From positions 1-64,000 of the forward strand of contig JAUCBJ010005652.1 of assembly GCA_032718475.1 (NCBI GenBank): a DNA stretch of 64,000 nt, given 5' to 3'. Of the stretch, positions 12,821 to 25,845 are shown piece by piece; the stretch's first letter is position 1, and each line of letters begins with the position of its first letter. The stretch is from Nemertoderma westbladi. Taxonomy: Eukaryota > Animalia > Xenacoelomorpha. Made by a program: the position numbers and the translations under genes. The notes beneath the pieces are model-generated. The model saw nothing but the letters and a program-made list of their open reading frames with translations, searched no databases and was not told the origin of the DNA.

Positions 12821-13899
12821 TTGAATATAAATTTTGGAGAATAACGTCTTTGTTATAAATAATAATAACAAATGGGCAATACTCTGTGTTGAATATCTTC
12901 AGGTATATATTAAATCTATGTGGCTCTTGTGTTAATTGTTAATTTAATAGGCTTACACTGTTATTTCAAAAAGAGTTCAAGCAATTTTAACATTTCAGTG
13001 ACATTACAAGTTAAAACAGCACGTTTTGGATTTAAACAAATAGTAATGTTTTGCACAATGTTTACAAGTGGCTACTACTTTACTTATGTTCAATGATATT
13101 GTATTTCAACGGTATTGTAAGGACTTGGGTTGGTATTGTGTTCGGTGGTGCTGTACCAGTAGCTATTGTCACGTATCTTTAATAAATACAATAAATGATA
13201 CTAATTATTATAATCTAAAGTTATTTCCTGTGCATGAGATGGAACGCTCACAGAATTTCTCTCAACACGAGTCGTTTATTCGTGCTGCTTAATGCGTATT
13301 CTTCAGTCGCGTATCTTAAATTAAATCCCTCTGATGTAGCGAATATTCCTAAGATGATAATTATTTGAAATTATGAAATCAGAACAAACTTTATATGAAT
13401 GGACTTTAGAAATCTTCGCTTAATTGATCTAGAATAAACATTAAGCGAAGAGGCAGGGGGGGGGGGGGGGGTGTTTTGCTCTAGAGATGGATTGATTTTG
13501 ATTTCGTTGAAAGGCTCCCTCTGCGAGGTCATCTGATGCTAGACATATTTCAGTTTCAGGTAATTAAAATGTTAAATTCGCAGCCTTATGCTATGCAGTC
13601 TTATACATTTACATGTTTTATTTTTGGGACTATATGAAATTAAAAAAAAATTAATTTAGGTGGCCAAAAGTATGGAATTTTTATATTTAGATGGCGCTGT
13701 TGTACTTTTTCTGAGTTATAAAAATGTTGTTTTAAAAAGCCCCACATTTTGTAGTGTATGTTATGATTCATATGTTATCTATAATCGGCCATTATAGTGC
13801 AGCTGTACATTGAGATGCTGTGCTGGCCACCACCTGCAATTAACATTTAACTTACTGTAAAGCAGCGTGCATTAAGTATGCTGTGCCGGCTTATCAACA

Positions 13900-14680
13900 A
13901 AATTATGTCACCACAACTCACTCCGTACCCCCCAAGACTTTCGCGAGATTATCGTCACCTTCAAGGCCAGTGTCCTTTAGAAGGCGTCTCATGAAAGTCA
14001 TGGGCAGTCCACCATGCTTACTTTCTCAATGGGGCTGCCAAAGCACAAGATTGTGCACAGGCTGGTCCTCACGGCGAACACAATGTCCTGCGGCTTTGTT
14101 CAAGTGTCATGCATGTGGGGGTCAATTACACACCTCCAATGTTACAGTAGTTTTGGTTGGAGATGTGTGCATTGTACTTGGCAAAGTGAACACGGCGTAG
14201 CATTCTTTGAATGTGCCGTCCAGACATTTTGTATCCTCGGCAGTTAAAGCCCTCACATGAATCCAATATATGAGTACTGGTTCTACTGCCGCTCTAAATA
14301 ATCGGACCTTAAGTTTCCGATATTTCCTGTGACTTCCAAATTCTGGACAGCCCATTCAATGTTACCCATACCTTCCACTTACGTATCCGAAGGTGCGTAT
14401 CCTTACTTCCGGATCCATGATCCCAGGTAGCAAGAGTCATCCACATACTAAAGCACACCATCTCACGAGCTTATGCTCATACGTCCAGACATTTCCTGAT
14501 GAATGTCGTCCAATGAGAGAGAGAGTATACTACCAACAATTTTACAAAAAGACCAACACTAGAAGCAGCCTGTTCTAATGAGATGTTGGGATCCATCTAT
14601 AGTGATTCTCAGAGTACTCCTACTGTTAGTCATCAGCAAAGTCTAGATCCGTTAGGTGCTTGGTTGGATCAGGGTTTTTT
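13900..14680 (-). mobile_element. Decayed non-LTR retrotransposon RT fragment (RTE-like)
   Basis: Minus strand 'HLTDLDFADD' near 14630-14660 and 'KLKVRLFRAAVEPVLIY...KCLDGT'; frameshifts and stops. Confidence 0.72.
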
Positions 14681-15259
14681 TTCAAAATTCCACGGTGAAT
14701 AGTTTCTAAACGGTTAGAAAAGTTTTAGCAATACTGCAGTATTGTTTGTATTCTACTTTATTTTTTCTACGGTACATCCTGTAATCTTAAATACCATCGA
14801 AATATTAAACTAATCAGGCCTACTACCGTACTTAATGCAGCTTTGATAAACAAATTGTTTAGCCATTTATTGGGAAGGAATACTCCACATCATTGGTGAT
14901 GGTCACAGTATGTAGAAAGGTAAGGGCCAACGAAGAAAGATATGATTTTGAGATAAATACGTTTAAAGTTTTTGTTGTTGAAATTCAATTAAATGCTTAT
15001 ATTTTTCTTGTTACATAAAGAACTGGAGGGAAATTTGATTAAATATGAATGAAAATGCGAACAAATTAAATATGGCTAATGATAAATTCTGATTTATCAA
15101 TGTGTTATTATTTCAAACTCTGTATTATAATAACTATTTACATATTTGTGTGTAAAGTTTAGCACTTTACAGTGTGATGATCCAAGTGCTTTGTTACATA
15201 AACGAACGTAGTGAGTGAGTGAAAATAAAGCCACGAGGATCAGAACACTGTAAAGTATA

Positions 15260-15787
15260 CAGTTTTATTCCAAAATTGTAACATTACGAAATTATTTTAT
15301 ATTTATATTATAAGTGATAGAATCTGCACAAATTAAATTAATTGCTGTATAAATAAATGTCAAATAATATAAATAAACAAAAGTAACTTAGAACTAACAA
15401 AATAACACAATAACTAAGAACTAACAAAGTAACTAACAAAATATACAAAAGTTAGCTTATATTTATGGTGGCGATTGGAGCCATGTTAATAGTTTATAGC
15501 TACTGGTTATTAATACAGTAGCTACAGGCAGGTAATGCAGTAGGCCTATCAATCAGGCTGTCCGGCAATTAATTATAAATGTCACCTATTGTTTACGTGG
15601 TAACCAATGACGGCATGATGTAAAGTCTCGCTAATGGGACATTACTTAACTGAATAACACCAATACAATACTAAATGTACAGGCCAATACAATGCTGTAA
15701 TGTTCTCTAAAGTTGTAAAGTGCTAAATAACAACTCGCTGTTAATACTAACGGCGTTGCGTAATGTTACAATTTTGGAATAAAACTA
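15260..15787. repeat. 28-bp inverted repeat pair of an unclassified interspersed repeat
   Basis: AGTTTTATTCCAAAATTGTAACATTACG / CGTAATGTTACAATTTTGGAATAAAACT; related sequence recurs inverted at about 27820-27970. Confidence 0.55.
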
Positions 15788-16405
15788 ATAATTTTCAATT
15801 TTTAGTTTTAGAAATATTTCTAAACAACTTTAAAAAATTTATAAATCACTACTTTCATTTATAAATTTCACGAACATATTTAGAAAAAAAACCAGGCGCT
15901 GGATATTCTCGACTTCTGGAGCTTGTCCTGTAGGGGGGTTACCATCACCATAATTATTTATATTAGGCAGTTGAGTACGTTTAATACAATAGGATGTTTC
16001 ATATAGGATTTAAAATAAAACCAAATTGAAGAAGCCCTGTTTAGTTTAAGGGAAGAGCTTGTAGTTCACTGCCGTTATTCATTTTACAGATAGTGGCGCA
16101 CATTGACCGCAAGTGAAAATAGTGTCCTTGAGCTCAAATTGACCGCAAGTGAAAAGTTAGGTTTATTGTTTTGGTTAGAAAACTGCACCACTGTAACCTG
16201 CTCCGTTCCCTTGATATTTAAATTCAATTTTTCAAACTCACTAAACACAAGTTGGTGGTGTTTGCTGTTATTTTGCACCATTAACTCTAATTTCATCCTT
16301 CAGTCACTTGAGATGAACCCCGTGCCACAAACGGTTTATAATTTACCACCTTTTAGTTTTCCGTTTACTCATTTAGCCCGTTCTATCACTCCCACAATCC
16401 ATTCA

Positions 16406-18229
16406 CTACGACCAAGTTTCCATCTGGATTTGGCCACTGATTTCCATTCTTTCCACCATTTTATTCGCAGTTTTTTGGTCCATTTGGCCTTCCTTTTGTA
16501 TAATTGTTTTTATCGTTGCTATGACATCCGCCGGCATCTGCTTAGCACTGCCTGCTATGGCTATGACACAACGCCTATTTATAGCTTCCCATAGGGAGGT
16601 GCTATCTTCCTGTAGTTTGTGCCAAACGTAGCAAACTCTAGCTTGATCCCGTGACCAACAACACGTCAGACTCAAAAGTTTGTCTGCCGCATAGCTAGAA
16701 AGTTCATCGCCGCATAAAAAATCGCATGTTTCTTTGCGATTCCCGAAATACAAACGCAATAAGTCGCAATTAGCTTGTTTCCTAGCGACCAGCGATTGTA
16801 TATATGAACGAAAAGGGGCCAAACCTGTACCGGGACCCACCATAACCAAAGGGGTGGTAGGGGGGCGAGCCATAAAGGTAAACGTTCCATGCCGGACCCG
16901 CACAGGCACAATGGACCCTGGACCGAGGCCGCTCAACCAATGGGAGCAGAGGCCTAGTCTGGGGGCAGCCATGTTGGTTCTGTAGCGAACCACCGCTACC
17001 AGTAGCTGAACTTCGTCTGGGTGCATCGCTAGACTGGAGGCGATTGAGAACGAACGGGGTTGAATGCAAGGAAGCAGGTCAAACAGCTGTTCCAAGGTCA
17101 ACTCGCTGCTGGTTTTAGGGAAATCTTGCAGACACTCTATGGTCCGTCTGCGGGGCCGATAGCAGTAGGTTAGCAGGTCGTCGTAGGCTCCGGTGCTAGT
17201 GAGTTCCTCTAGACGCTCCCGCTCCCTCGGGTCGGTGGCCCAGAGGGCAAGGAGTTCGAAGAAGCTGAACCGCGGGACAGCCGTGATGTCGAGGAACTTC
17301 TGGATAATATCTCGGACAGTGGAGCACTGTCTGAGAACACAGGGGGTCTCGGATGGGGGTCCTGGAGACGGTGGGTGATGGCGGGTGTCTGGGTTTATAG
17401 CATCCCCGTTACGAGAATCAACTCCGATAGCTTCCGACACCACTGTTACACTCACTGTCTCCTCCGCGGATAACTTAGTTATCCGAAATAAAGTGTCGAC
17501 GAACTCGTCTGAGTTGTTCGGTTGGACAGCCAAGACGTCGCCGGGTTCGAAGCCCATATCGGATCCGCTGATATCCAATCGGATGAGTCGGACATCCTGC
17601 CAGTGGTTGGGGTCAGTAAGCCGCACGTTGGATAGTAAAGCTGCCGGGTAGGGATGCTTCTGGTTGTAAACATCCGCCAGTCCCAACTCTTTGTCCCCCC
17701 CATGTCCCGGGTTGAACTCCACCCTGTAAGGGGACGTTAAGGGGACTCCCACGCCCCGAGAGCTGACTCCCAATAGATCCGTCAACGCAGTTACCAGACT
17801 GTCCATCCAGGGTCTGACCACAGCCTCTATCCCGTGGTCGTGTTGGTCGTCTCCCAGGACCAGCGGGAGCAACGGCTCCGCTCCCAGGGTCTCCAACCGA
17901 CGATGGAGTTTCTTAGCGACGAAGTTGTACCGGGAGTAGGATGAGTCCCCGAGTCCCAGAACGGAGTAGCGCAGTTGCGATTGGTGCTGCGTCGTTTTAC
18001 GCATCAGGAAAAGCCAATATCTGGCCATGTTGTCGGGATGGTCGCCCTGTCCGGTAGTGGAACAGATAAATACGACGAGGTTAGCGGATGTTATTGTCGG
18101 GAGAAGATCGTCTAAAGATCCGACTCGACACGGGATTCCGTTACTAGTTAAACGTCGACGTAGTCTGCGAGCCACGTCCTCCGACGTGCCGGTCTGGCTA
18201 CCGTATCCAATGGTTACGATACCTTCCAT
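16406..18229 (-). CDS. NDOR1: NADPH-dependent diflavin oxidoreductase 1 (Tah18 orthologue), single exon, 607 aa
   Basis: Flavodoxin motifs YGSQTGTSEDVA, STTGQGDHPDNM, LGLGDSSY; FAD motif PRSFSIASS; GLCSHWL; NADPH motif MVGPGTGLAPFRS; C-terminal ETWS. Confidence 0.95.
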   Translation of the reverse strand: MEGIVTIGYGSQTGTSEDVARRLRRRLTSNGIPCRVGSLDDLLPTITSANLVVFICSTTGQGDHPDNMARYWLFLMRKTTQHQSQLRYSVLGLGDSSYSRYNFVAKKLHRRLETLGAEPLLPLVLGDDQHDHGIEAVVRPWMDSLVTALTDLLGVSSRGVGVPLTSPYRVEFNPGHGGDKELGLADVYNQKHPYPAALLSNVRLTDPNHWQDVRLIRLDISGSDMGFEPGDVLAVQPNNSDEFVDTLFRITKLSAEETVSVTVVSEAIGVDSRNGDAINPDTRHHPPSPGPPSETPCVLRQCSTVRDIIQKFLDITAVPRFSFFELLALWATDPRERERLEELTSTGAYDDLLTYCYRPRRRTIECLQDFPKTSSELTLEQLFDLLPCIQPRSFSIASSLAMHPDEVQLLVAVVRYRTNMAAPRLGLCSHWLSGLGPGSIVPVRVRHGTFTFMARPPTTPLVMVGPGTGLAPFRSYIQSLVARKQANCDLLRLYFGNRKETCDFLCGDELSSYAADKLLSLTCCWSRDQARVCYVWHKLQEDSTSLWEAINRRCVIAIAGSAKQMPADVIATIKTIIQKEGQMDQKTANKMVERMEISGQIQMETWS

Positions 18230-19346
18230 TGCGACCTACAAACTAGGAGAAGGATAGATTCTTCGACTGTCTTGGACAGTTCAAAGTTGGATAGTTTGAA
18301 TTCAAATTTCTACAGAATTAGAACTTAACAGTACAGAAGAGTCAACGTTTTTGCGCAATTTTAGACCAATGTCAATTTATAAAATAAAGTCTGATTAGCA
18401 CAAAATATTATTATATTGTTATTATAACAGTATTATATTTATTACTGTATCAAGTATAAATAGGAAATCACAGTTTTACCTAACATAAGTCGAAATAGTA
18501 AACACTAATAACTTAGTAGCCGTTTTCTACAAAGTTCGGTTAATTTAGGTCTAATATCCATATCTACGCAATAATGAGTGTCGCTTCTATTACCAGATTA
18601 CCGGTACTGGTAATGTAATGACCGTGTAATGTCTCGTGACTCGTGCAGGTAAAGAATTGATTTCTAATTAATTTATTGTGTGAAACCGAGGTTTCTATTC
18701 AACAAAATAATGACTTCGTAAGGCGGTTTAAAAATCTGAAACTAATAACACTCAATAGAGTTGATCAGATGTTAAAATGCTTCGAAAAAAGATGCTTTGC
18801 AAAATGTTTCGATGAGTATTGGGAAAATATCATTCAATAATAGTTACTTTAGATATTTCACAAAAAATAGAGATACAGAAGTTGTATTTTTTATTACTTT
18901 ATTCTTTTTCATTTAATTCTGTTTGGGATTTTTATAAAATATATTTTATAGTTAATTCCCCTTCCCTTCTAACAGATCAATTAATAAATGTTCCTGGAGG
19001 TTCGAGTAAAGTGATTTAAATGCGTTTATAAATCTTTGCCTTATTCAAATAAGGCAAATATGAATGAAAAGAAAAATGAAAAGATTGTTAAACATATTTT
19101 ATTTGGATTTAGCGAAAATATGGTGGTATTTCTACTTTTGTTCAATCAATAGAAAATTGAAACTTTCGGCCAATATTCGATAGTTTACATAGTTTGAACA
19201 ACCCATATCTGACCTGTTTCTCTATGTACCGGCATACAAAGGAGTTTTAAAATTGAATTAGAAAATGCATTTCTACATTTCTTAACTATAATAAGATAAA
19301 AGGATTAATCTACTACCGTATATAAACCATTACACGGTAAACAATT

Positions 19347-19946
19347 TTAACAGAAGAAAGTACAATAACAAGCAAAAAGCGTTGTTACTATGAGCACCAA
19401 GGCGCCGGAGTATTTAACTGTTTCCAGACCAAAACCCCTCCCGAGATCCCATAGTAAATGTCGCAGACCATTGGCCATTTTGAAACCCAAACAGAAAGTA
19501 AGAAAGAATCGTCCCGAGATAATGAAAGCGATACCCAATGGGTTGTCTCTGAGATTTAGGGATTTAAAGAACTCTATATAGGCGCTAAAATCGTAAGGTA
19601 ACACCGCGTATGTGAACGCTCCGAGGTATAACGCAGATGCGAGAGCGACGCCCGTAAACCGGAACACCAGACTGAATCCGGACGCGTAATTCATCAGTCG
19701 GAAAGCTCCGAAAAATGGAGACACATTTCGCTTAAGTTTATAGTTCTTCTTCCAGAAATCCTGTTGCTCTGCAATGGATGCGGATAGTATCTGTTCGCTG
19801 GTAAAGGATTTATCCGCGCCGCTAGAACCACGGAATAGGATTGGCGAGGTTGAATACCGAGGTTTACTTATTACGGAGCTGTAATACCGATGTTTACTTC
19901 GAGTAATGTTTAGTAGGGAACGGGAGGCTGCAGCCATCAACGCCAT
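19347..19946 (-). CDS. SDHC: Succinate dehydrogenase cytochrome b560 subunit, single exon, divergent
   Basis: Basic mitochondrial presequence, 'FWKKNYKLKRNVSP', 'SLVFRFTG', 'NGLRHLLWDLGRG', three TM helices; first ATG at 19946. Confidence 0.88.
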   Translation of the reverse strand: MALMAAASRSLLNITRSKHRYYSSVISKPRYSTSPILFRGSSGADKSFTSEQILSASIAEQQDFWKKNYKLKRNVSPFFGAFRLMNYASGFSLVFRFTGVALASALYLGAFTYAVLPYDFSAYIEFFKSLNLRDNPLGIAFIISGRFFLTFCLGFKMANGLRHLLWDLGRGFGLETVKYSGALVLIVTTLFACYCTFFC

Positions 19947-20053
19947 TATCAATGATGGGGTTCTTACAGTTTAAAATCAAAAAAATATTGTTTGATATAA
20001 ACCAGCATTGCCAAATCAGTAAATAGCTTTACCTACCAACCAACGGCAACGGG

Positions 20054-20160
20054 TATACCTTAAGTATGTGATAAAGTAAGGTAGGCCTATACCTCAAGTA
20101 TGTGATAAAGTAAGGTAGGCGCCGTAGGCCTATACCTCAAGTATGTGATAAAGTAAGGTA
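20054..20160. repeat. Three copies of a ~34-bp repeat upstream of SDHC
   Basis: TATACCTCAAGTATGTGATAAAGTAAGGTA(GGCC) x3. Confidence 0.85.
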
Positions 20161-21854
20161 AGCGGCCTAATGCCAATTGCAAATGAATGCAGTACCGGTA
20201 ATGCTTTAATGTAATTAAAGCAGACAATACATCAATATACACAGGCCTATAATTTTACAGTAGACCCTAAGTACTGAAGTAATTATTTTTATCTTTGAAT
20301 GGTCTGAATTTTCTGCTAATTTCTGCCATAGTGTAAGTTCGGCACAAGTCGCTGCCGCCATGGTGCCATGTCAGCATGTGTCGTCAGTGTGTGGTGTGTG
20401 TACCGGTATTTCTCTGCAACCTGTGTATGTATACTGGTATGATTATTTTGACTATCGTTAATCGTTATGCTTAAACAAATGGGTTAAACTTTTCCACGTA
20501 TGCCGGACGTTGGACGTAACGTATCCAATCCACGTATGTAGTATGTGCTATGTGCGTGCGTATGTATGTATTTATCCACGTATCCATACAGGATACAGCC
20601 ATACATTACATGGAGCGATTTGAGATACGCGTAGGTAGGCGAAAACTGTTTCCTGATTGGTCCAGATGAGATATGAGGGAAATATCCTGCAAAATCACAA
20701 AATGCTTAGGCAGTTATGCCTAACCTAACAGCCTTAGATAAAAATTAGATTCGACACGGACAGACGGGACGGAGCCCATGGGACATGGGATGGCAGGATG
20801 GGACCACCAGTACATACAGACATACAGGATACAGCTGTACAGTATAATATGGTAAAAAGCGGTAACAACTGGAAACACATTTTCGTAGCCGCATGCATAG
20901 TTACTGCAGTACTGGCTGACTGTAGATACTATTGTGTATTGTTTGGAATGCTAGACAGACAGCTAGGCCTGTTCCCGAACAGGGCTGGCAAAGTAGGTTT
21001 TTGTAAACCTAGGTTTTTGTCGATTTTTGTCAAAAACCTAAAATTTGAAAAAAGCCTAAAACGAGGTTTTTAGGTTTTTCATCACAATAAAGAGCCAAAT
21101 TGCTTGTTTTTTGATAATTTCTGATGACAAAAATATTTTGGTTTCATGCATGAAACCCACAGACTAAAGTCTTTTGAGTTTCTGTCTTTAACTAAGCCGA
21201 CAATAAAACCTCACTGCTGGCAGCTGGAATGACTAATGTACATATTACCTTATCCCTTTTAAAACAAAAATCAAATCGATTATTTTAATATATTGTAGAC
21301 TTACAGGTACGGTATCTACTGAACTACCAGTGCTGTATAAAATATAATCTTGAACAATTGCGGCCCCAAATGAGCCCTGAATGAGCTCTGTACGATAAAG
21401 ATTAAGGGTGTGAAACTTTTTTAAGACACGCTCATACCAAAAAATCATTCACTGGAAAATGCGATTTAGTGTAAGGCAGAAATATCGCGCTTTGATTCTT
21501 TAGCGAACAACTAAATTATAGTCACATATTGGATTCTGCAATGAGTAGAATACCAATACTTGCTATATGCACTAAAACAGGGGTGCTGAATTCAAAAAGT
21601 GCCTCTAAAATATCTTAAAGTTGACATAAATCTGATTTTATCTACTCAACTATCTCCCGAAACGCAAATTCAGCCAACTCAACTACCTGTGAAACTACCC
21701 GTACTTCACACATGATATCTCGTTAAACGAAACAAGATATGGAAAACAGTTTTTAGATTTGGAATCACCATTACATTCTGATTCAGATGGGATATACTGT
21801 ACTTAATTTTTTGGCCCAAATTCGACTACTCTCCCCTTAAGACTGTTTTTTGTT

Positions 21855-22190
21855 AATAGCATGTCATTGAATCTGATTGTTTGATTTTGGGTAATCCAAT
21901 AGTATGTGGCTGTGGCAGATGATTGTTTGTTACTGTCCAATACCATGTTTAAACTGATTGTTTGTTGTTGACCAATAGCATGTGTCAACTGATTGTTGTT
22001 ATTGGCCAATATAATGTGTCATCTGATTGTTTGTTATTGACAAAGAAAGAGCATGTTCCAGCTGATTGGTTGTTAATGGCCAATATCATGTGTCAGCTTG
22101 TTACTTGGTTTTAGCCAATAGCACGTGTCAACCGATTGTTTGTTATTGAGTAATAGCATGTGTCTACTGATTGTCTGTTATTGGCCAATA
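21855..22190. repeat. Degenerate ~31-bp tandem array rich in CCAAT/ATTGG
   Basis: About 10 units like CTGATTGTTTGTTATTGGCCAATAGCATGTGTCAA. Confidence 0.8.
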
Positions 22191-23416
22191 AATAGGGGTA
22201 TAACGTTTCGCCGTATCCGTATTCGTATGCACTTGCCGTATCCGTATGTACAGTACTTTTTACAAATTCCATATCATTTTACTAACTTGTCTCAAGATGT
22301 TCCAAGAGGTTTCCACTGGCCAAGAGCCACCAAGAGGTTACAATTTCCTCAAAGAGAGACCAAGAACCCTCAAGAGTGACCAACAAAGTTTTGCCTTCTA
22401 TCAAATCAGGAATGCCGAACTTTTTAGAAGGATGATTCTTTCTTCTTGATTGGGCATTGAGATTAAATTAATACACAACATTTTTTTACCACACATTTAC
22501 TGCTATATCAATATCGTCCCATATTGTTTGTGTGTAATAAACTCTCTGTAAAAGCTTTTGCTGAATTGTCCGGTTATTTTTCCTTATTTTTCCCGTAAAA
22601 TACTCTGTAGTTGGTTTACCAGGCATAAAAAGGCCGTGTCCTTGCTGTACTGGTGTTTTAGCGGACATAAAAGCTATTTCTTCTGTATTTGTACTTTAGA
22701 GGACATAATCCGTAATTCCGTGACGTAAAAGCTCGATACTCTTGAAAACAGTGTCGCTACCATGACGACGGCTAGCAGCTGATATTGCCACGTCGACGTT
22801 TCTTTGTTCTCTCGTTGTTCAGGTTGACCAATCAGAGCGTTTGTTGTCTCTGTGTTGGAGGTGTATGGTGGCCCATGAGTATCATAACAAAAAAATATAT
22901 TTATATATTTTTAAATGAAATAAAAAAAACTAATTTTAAAATGCATATGAAAAAAAATTCAAATAAAAAATAAAATGCAATTTAAAATGGATTTTAAAGT
23001 CGATTTCAAAACGATTTTTAAAAGGCATTTTAAAACGCATTCACAACACGCAGCCCATGAGTATCATAACAGACTGTCGTAATGGTAGCTGGCCCAGGAG
23101 TATCATATCGAACTGGCTGAGGATAGGCCTAACATGCGCATGCGCATACGCTACCTAGTTCCCTTGCTGCTAGCTGTAGAGTACCGGTAGTGCACTACTG
23201 ATGCCTACTGTTACTGTGATACAGTACTGGAACTTGACTACAGGACTACTGGTACGGTTCAGCAGTCAGGCAGTATGACTCGTTCATTTCTGTGACCTGA
23301 AGGTGTAGAGTACCGGTAGTTGTACAGTTCGCATTTTTGTAGACTTCCTTTTCAGTATTACATTATTATATTTCAGTATTCCACTGTGTATATAGGCCTA
23401 TGCGTATGTCTTGGAT

Positions 23417-24785
23417 ATGGCAGGAGTTGCGGGACAGAAAGGAAGAAAAACAAACATCGGCGATTTGGAGGCGAGACTGTCAGCGAAACGCACGAAGAGA
23501 GCGCAACAAGGTACTGGTGCTACCGGTAGACTCAAATCCCCGCAATGGCTAACTGTACAAAAATTATCTGAACACTCTGGAGGTAGACTATCTAAATACG
23601 AACCGATTGGGCCTCGCCACTTTGTACCTTTCCAAGCTGACTATGAGGACCTAAGCATCACTAACATAAAGACTGCCTGTGAGGCATACTATGGTGAACC
23701 CGAGGGAAGTTGTGATGTTTTGGCTAGTGAGAGGGGCCCAAGCTGCTCTGACATCGAACAATTGGGATGTAAGAAGATTTACTTTGTCAGGTTTACTGGT
23801 GGTAGTAGTAGACCTAGTACTAGTAGCCAACCTACCACGCCCGGTAGTGATGCTGCTGCAGGTGGTAAAGTGAGTACCGCACTGCAGGATTTAGAACCAA
23901 GTGACGGCGGTAGCTGTACTACTTATTCATCTACCAATATGTTATCTAGGGAGTGGTCTTCACGGGCAGTTGAGTCCGAAGATTTATCCAAAATCTGTAT
24001 CAGTGTCATGCTTAATAAAGGCAGGTAAACTTATAGTAGATGATAAATACGTTGCTGTCACTATATGTCGTGAAGAATTTGATATTGAGCACTCCACTTG
24101 GAATATAGAGAAAGCCGGCAGATACAAGGTGTCCAAAGTACCTTATGCGGAGGGTGGGTTTAGATCTGCCTACATGGCCTACAATTGCGATGGCAATGAA
24201 AAGTTTGTTGTGAAAAAATACAAACCCAGTGTGGAAGCAATGTTAACTGAGGAACTGGGAACAACCGTCGAATATCACACTCGAAAACAGGTACAAATGC
24301 ATACCGTTGCTTCTACAATCACTGATTCATTCTCGAAGTGTGTGAGTAATCTCGACGAAGATTTTGGAGAAACTTTCGTCTACAATAAGGTTTGGTTTGG
24401 GGTGATGGATTCATCTGAGAGGGAATTTATTACAGTAGAGGAGCATGTACCTGGCACATTTATTAAATACATAAACAACTGTGGCACGGTAACAGATACG
24501 AGGGACCAAGACCTCAGCGATTACGAGCTGGATAACTATGATAAGGCGCAGGCGCTCGCCCATTACTCATATATACATACGAAGAAGAAGATAATGCTAT
24601 TAGATATTCAGGGCACAGATCTGCGATTGTATGACCCTGAGATCGCCAGTAGAGAACTAACATATGACGACCAAGAGATATACTTTTGCGCAGGGAATTG
24701 CTCAGTGATCGGTATTGAAACCTTCCTCCTATCCCATAAATGCAACCGTTATTGCAAAATTATGCACCTCCATGAAAACACTTAG
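23417..24785 (+). CDS. Alpha-kinase (eEF2K/MHCK family) with an N-terminal domain of unknown function; predicted exons 23417-23864 + 23950-24785 (427 aa)
   Basis: GGFRSAY, FVVKKY, TVEEHVPGTFIKYINN, LLDIQG, LYDPEI, 'AGNCSVIGIETFLLSHKCNRYC' Zn site; an 85-nt G|GTAAAG...TCTAG|G intron joins the two overlapping ORFs in frame. Confidence 0.85.
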
Positions 24786-25329
24786 TAGGCCTATCATATC
24801 ATTCGTCATGTGACTCATGCAATAGAACTTGCTTATAACTATAACTTGCTTTTTTATTTTAGCATAAGTTCTTTAGTTTTTCATACATTTTAGCCGGCAG
24901 CTAGTTTGGGTTTGGGCTGGGGTTACTAACATTGAATAATACTAATATCTGGTTTGGTAAATTATCTAAATTGCAATGAAATTAATACCGGGGTAACTAA
25001 CCCACGTTCTATTCCATACAGCGAAACTTATACATTTTTGGTTTTACTGTTTTTTTTGTTGGTTTTTTTAGTTTTATTGTTCGCTTTAAGTTTTAACTTT
25101 TTTAGTTGTTAGTTGTAGTAGTTTAGTTGAAATTTAATAATTACATTGAAAATCCATGATTCCAATAGGGTATTCAGCAATCCGGATTATCATTGAAAAT
25201 AACGTGTTAACTGTTAATACAATTTACGTACTAGCCGTCCGGATTGCCAATGAAAATAAATGCCCAATCTGTTACATCCCTCCCTCTATAGCCTTATAAT
25301 TATAATAAATATATATGTTTCTCTTTTAA

Positions 25330-25845
25330 CTATTCTTTAATTTTTTCTTTAAGATAAATGAAGACTTCCTTAGCATCACAACTCTTAATATTAGCGGGTT
25401 CTGGCAATATCTGAGTGCACTTTCTTATAACCTCACAGTCCATAATACGGGTCTTACTATAGTCAGTGATACCTAGTTGCTCTGCAACCAGTTGCAAGTC
25501 ATGTAAATCAAAATCGAGCGAGTATTTCTGGCCACCGTATGTTTCGGGAAAATCAAACATATGATTTGGAATTCCCGTTGGTAATCCTATCTTCTGTGCT
25601 CGAATTCTATGTGAGTTCCAGTTTGACACGAACATATCGCAATCCTTCTGCACAATGGGTATGTAAACATAGGCCATAACAAGCCTGTCATTTGCGTTAT
25701 GTGGATCGTATTGATTCGTAACTAACAGATCTGTAAGTTGATCCTTATAATACATTTCCATGCGTTCGTGAAGATCCCTCCACCATCGTTCAATTTTATT
25801 GGTAGTGGAAGGCCCAAATATTATAGCTTCTGTTGGGTCATCCAT
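25330..25845 (-). pseudogene. IS3EU/integrase-like DDE transposase, C-terminal part only
   Basis: 'GPSTTNKIERWWRDL...FVSNWNSHRIR' integrase-core motif; N-terminal part missing. Confidence 0.8.

Noticed and set aside
16103-16594. 163-aa plus-strand ORF overlapping the NDOR1 3' end
   Set aside because: TTG start, no motifs, partly the antisense shadow of NDOR1
20980-21080. hAT-like left end CAGGGCTGGC with AAACCTA repeats
   Set aside because: No matching right TIR or TSD found, so the element cannot be delimited
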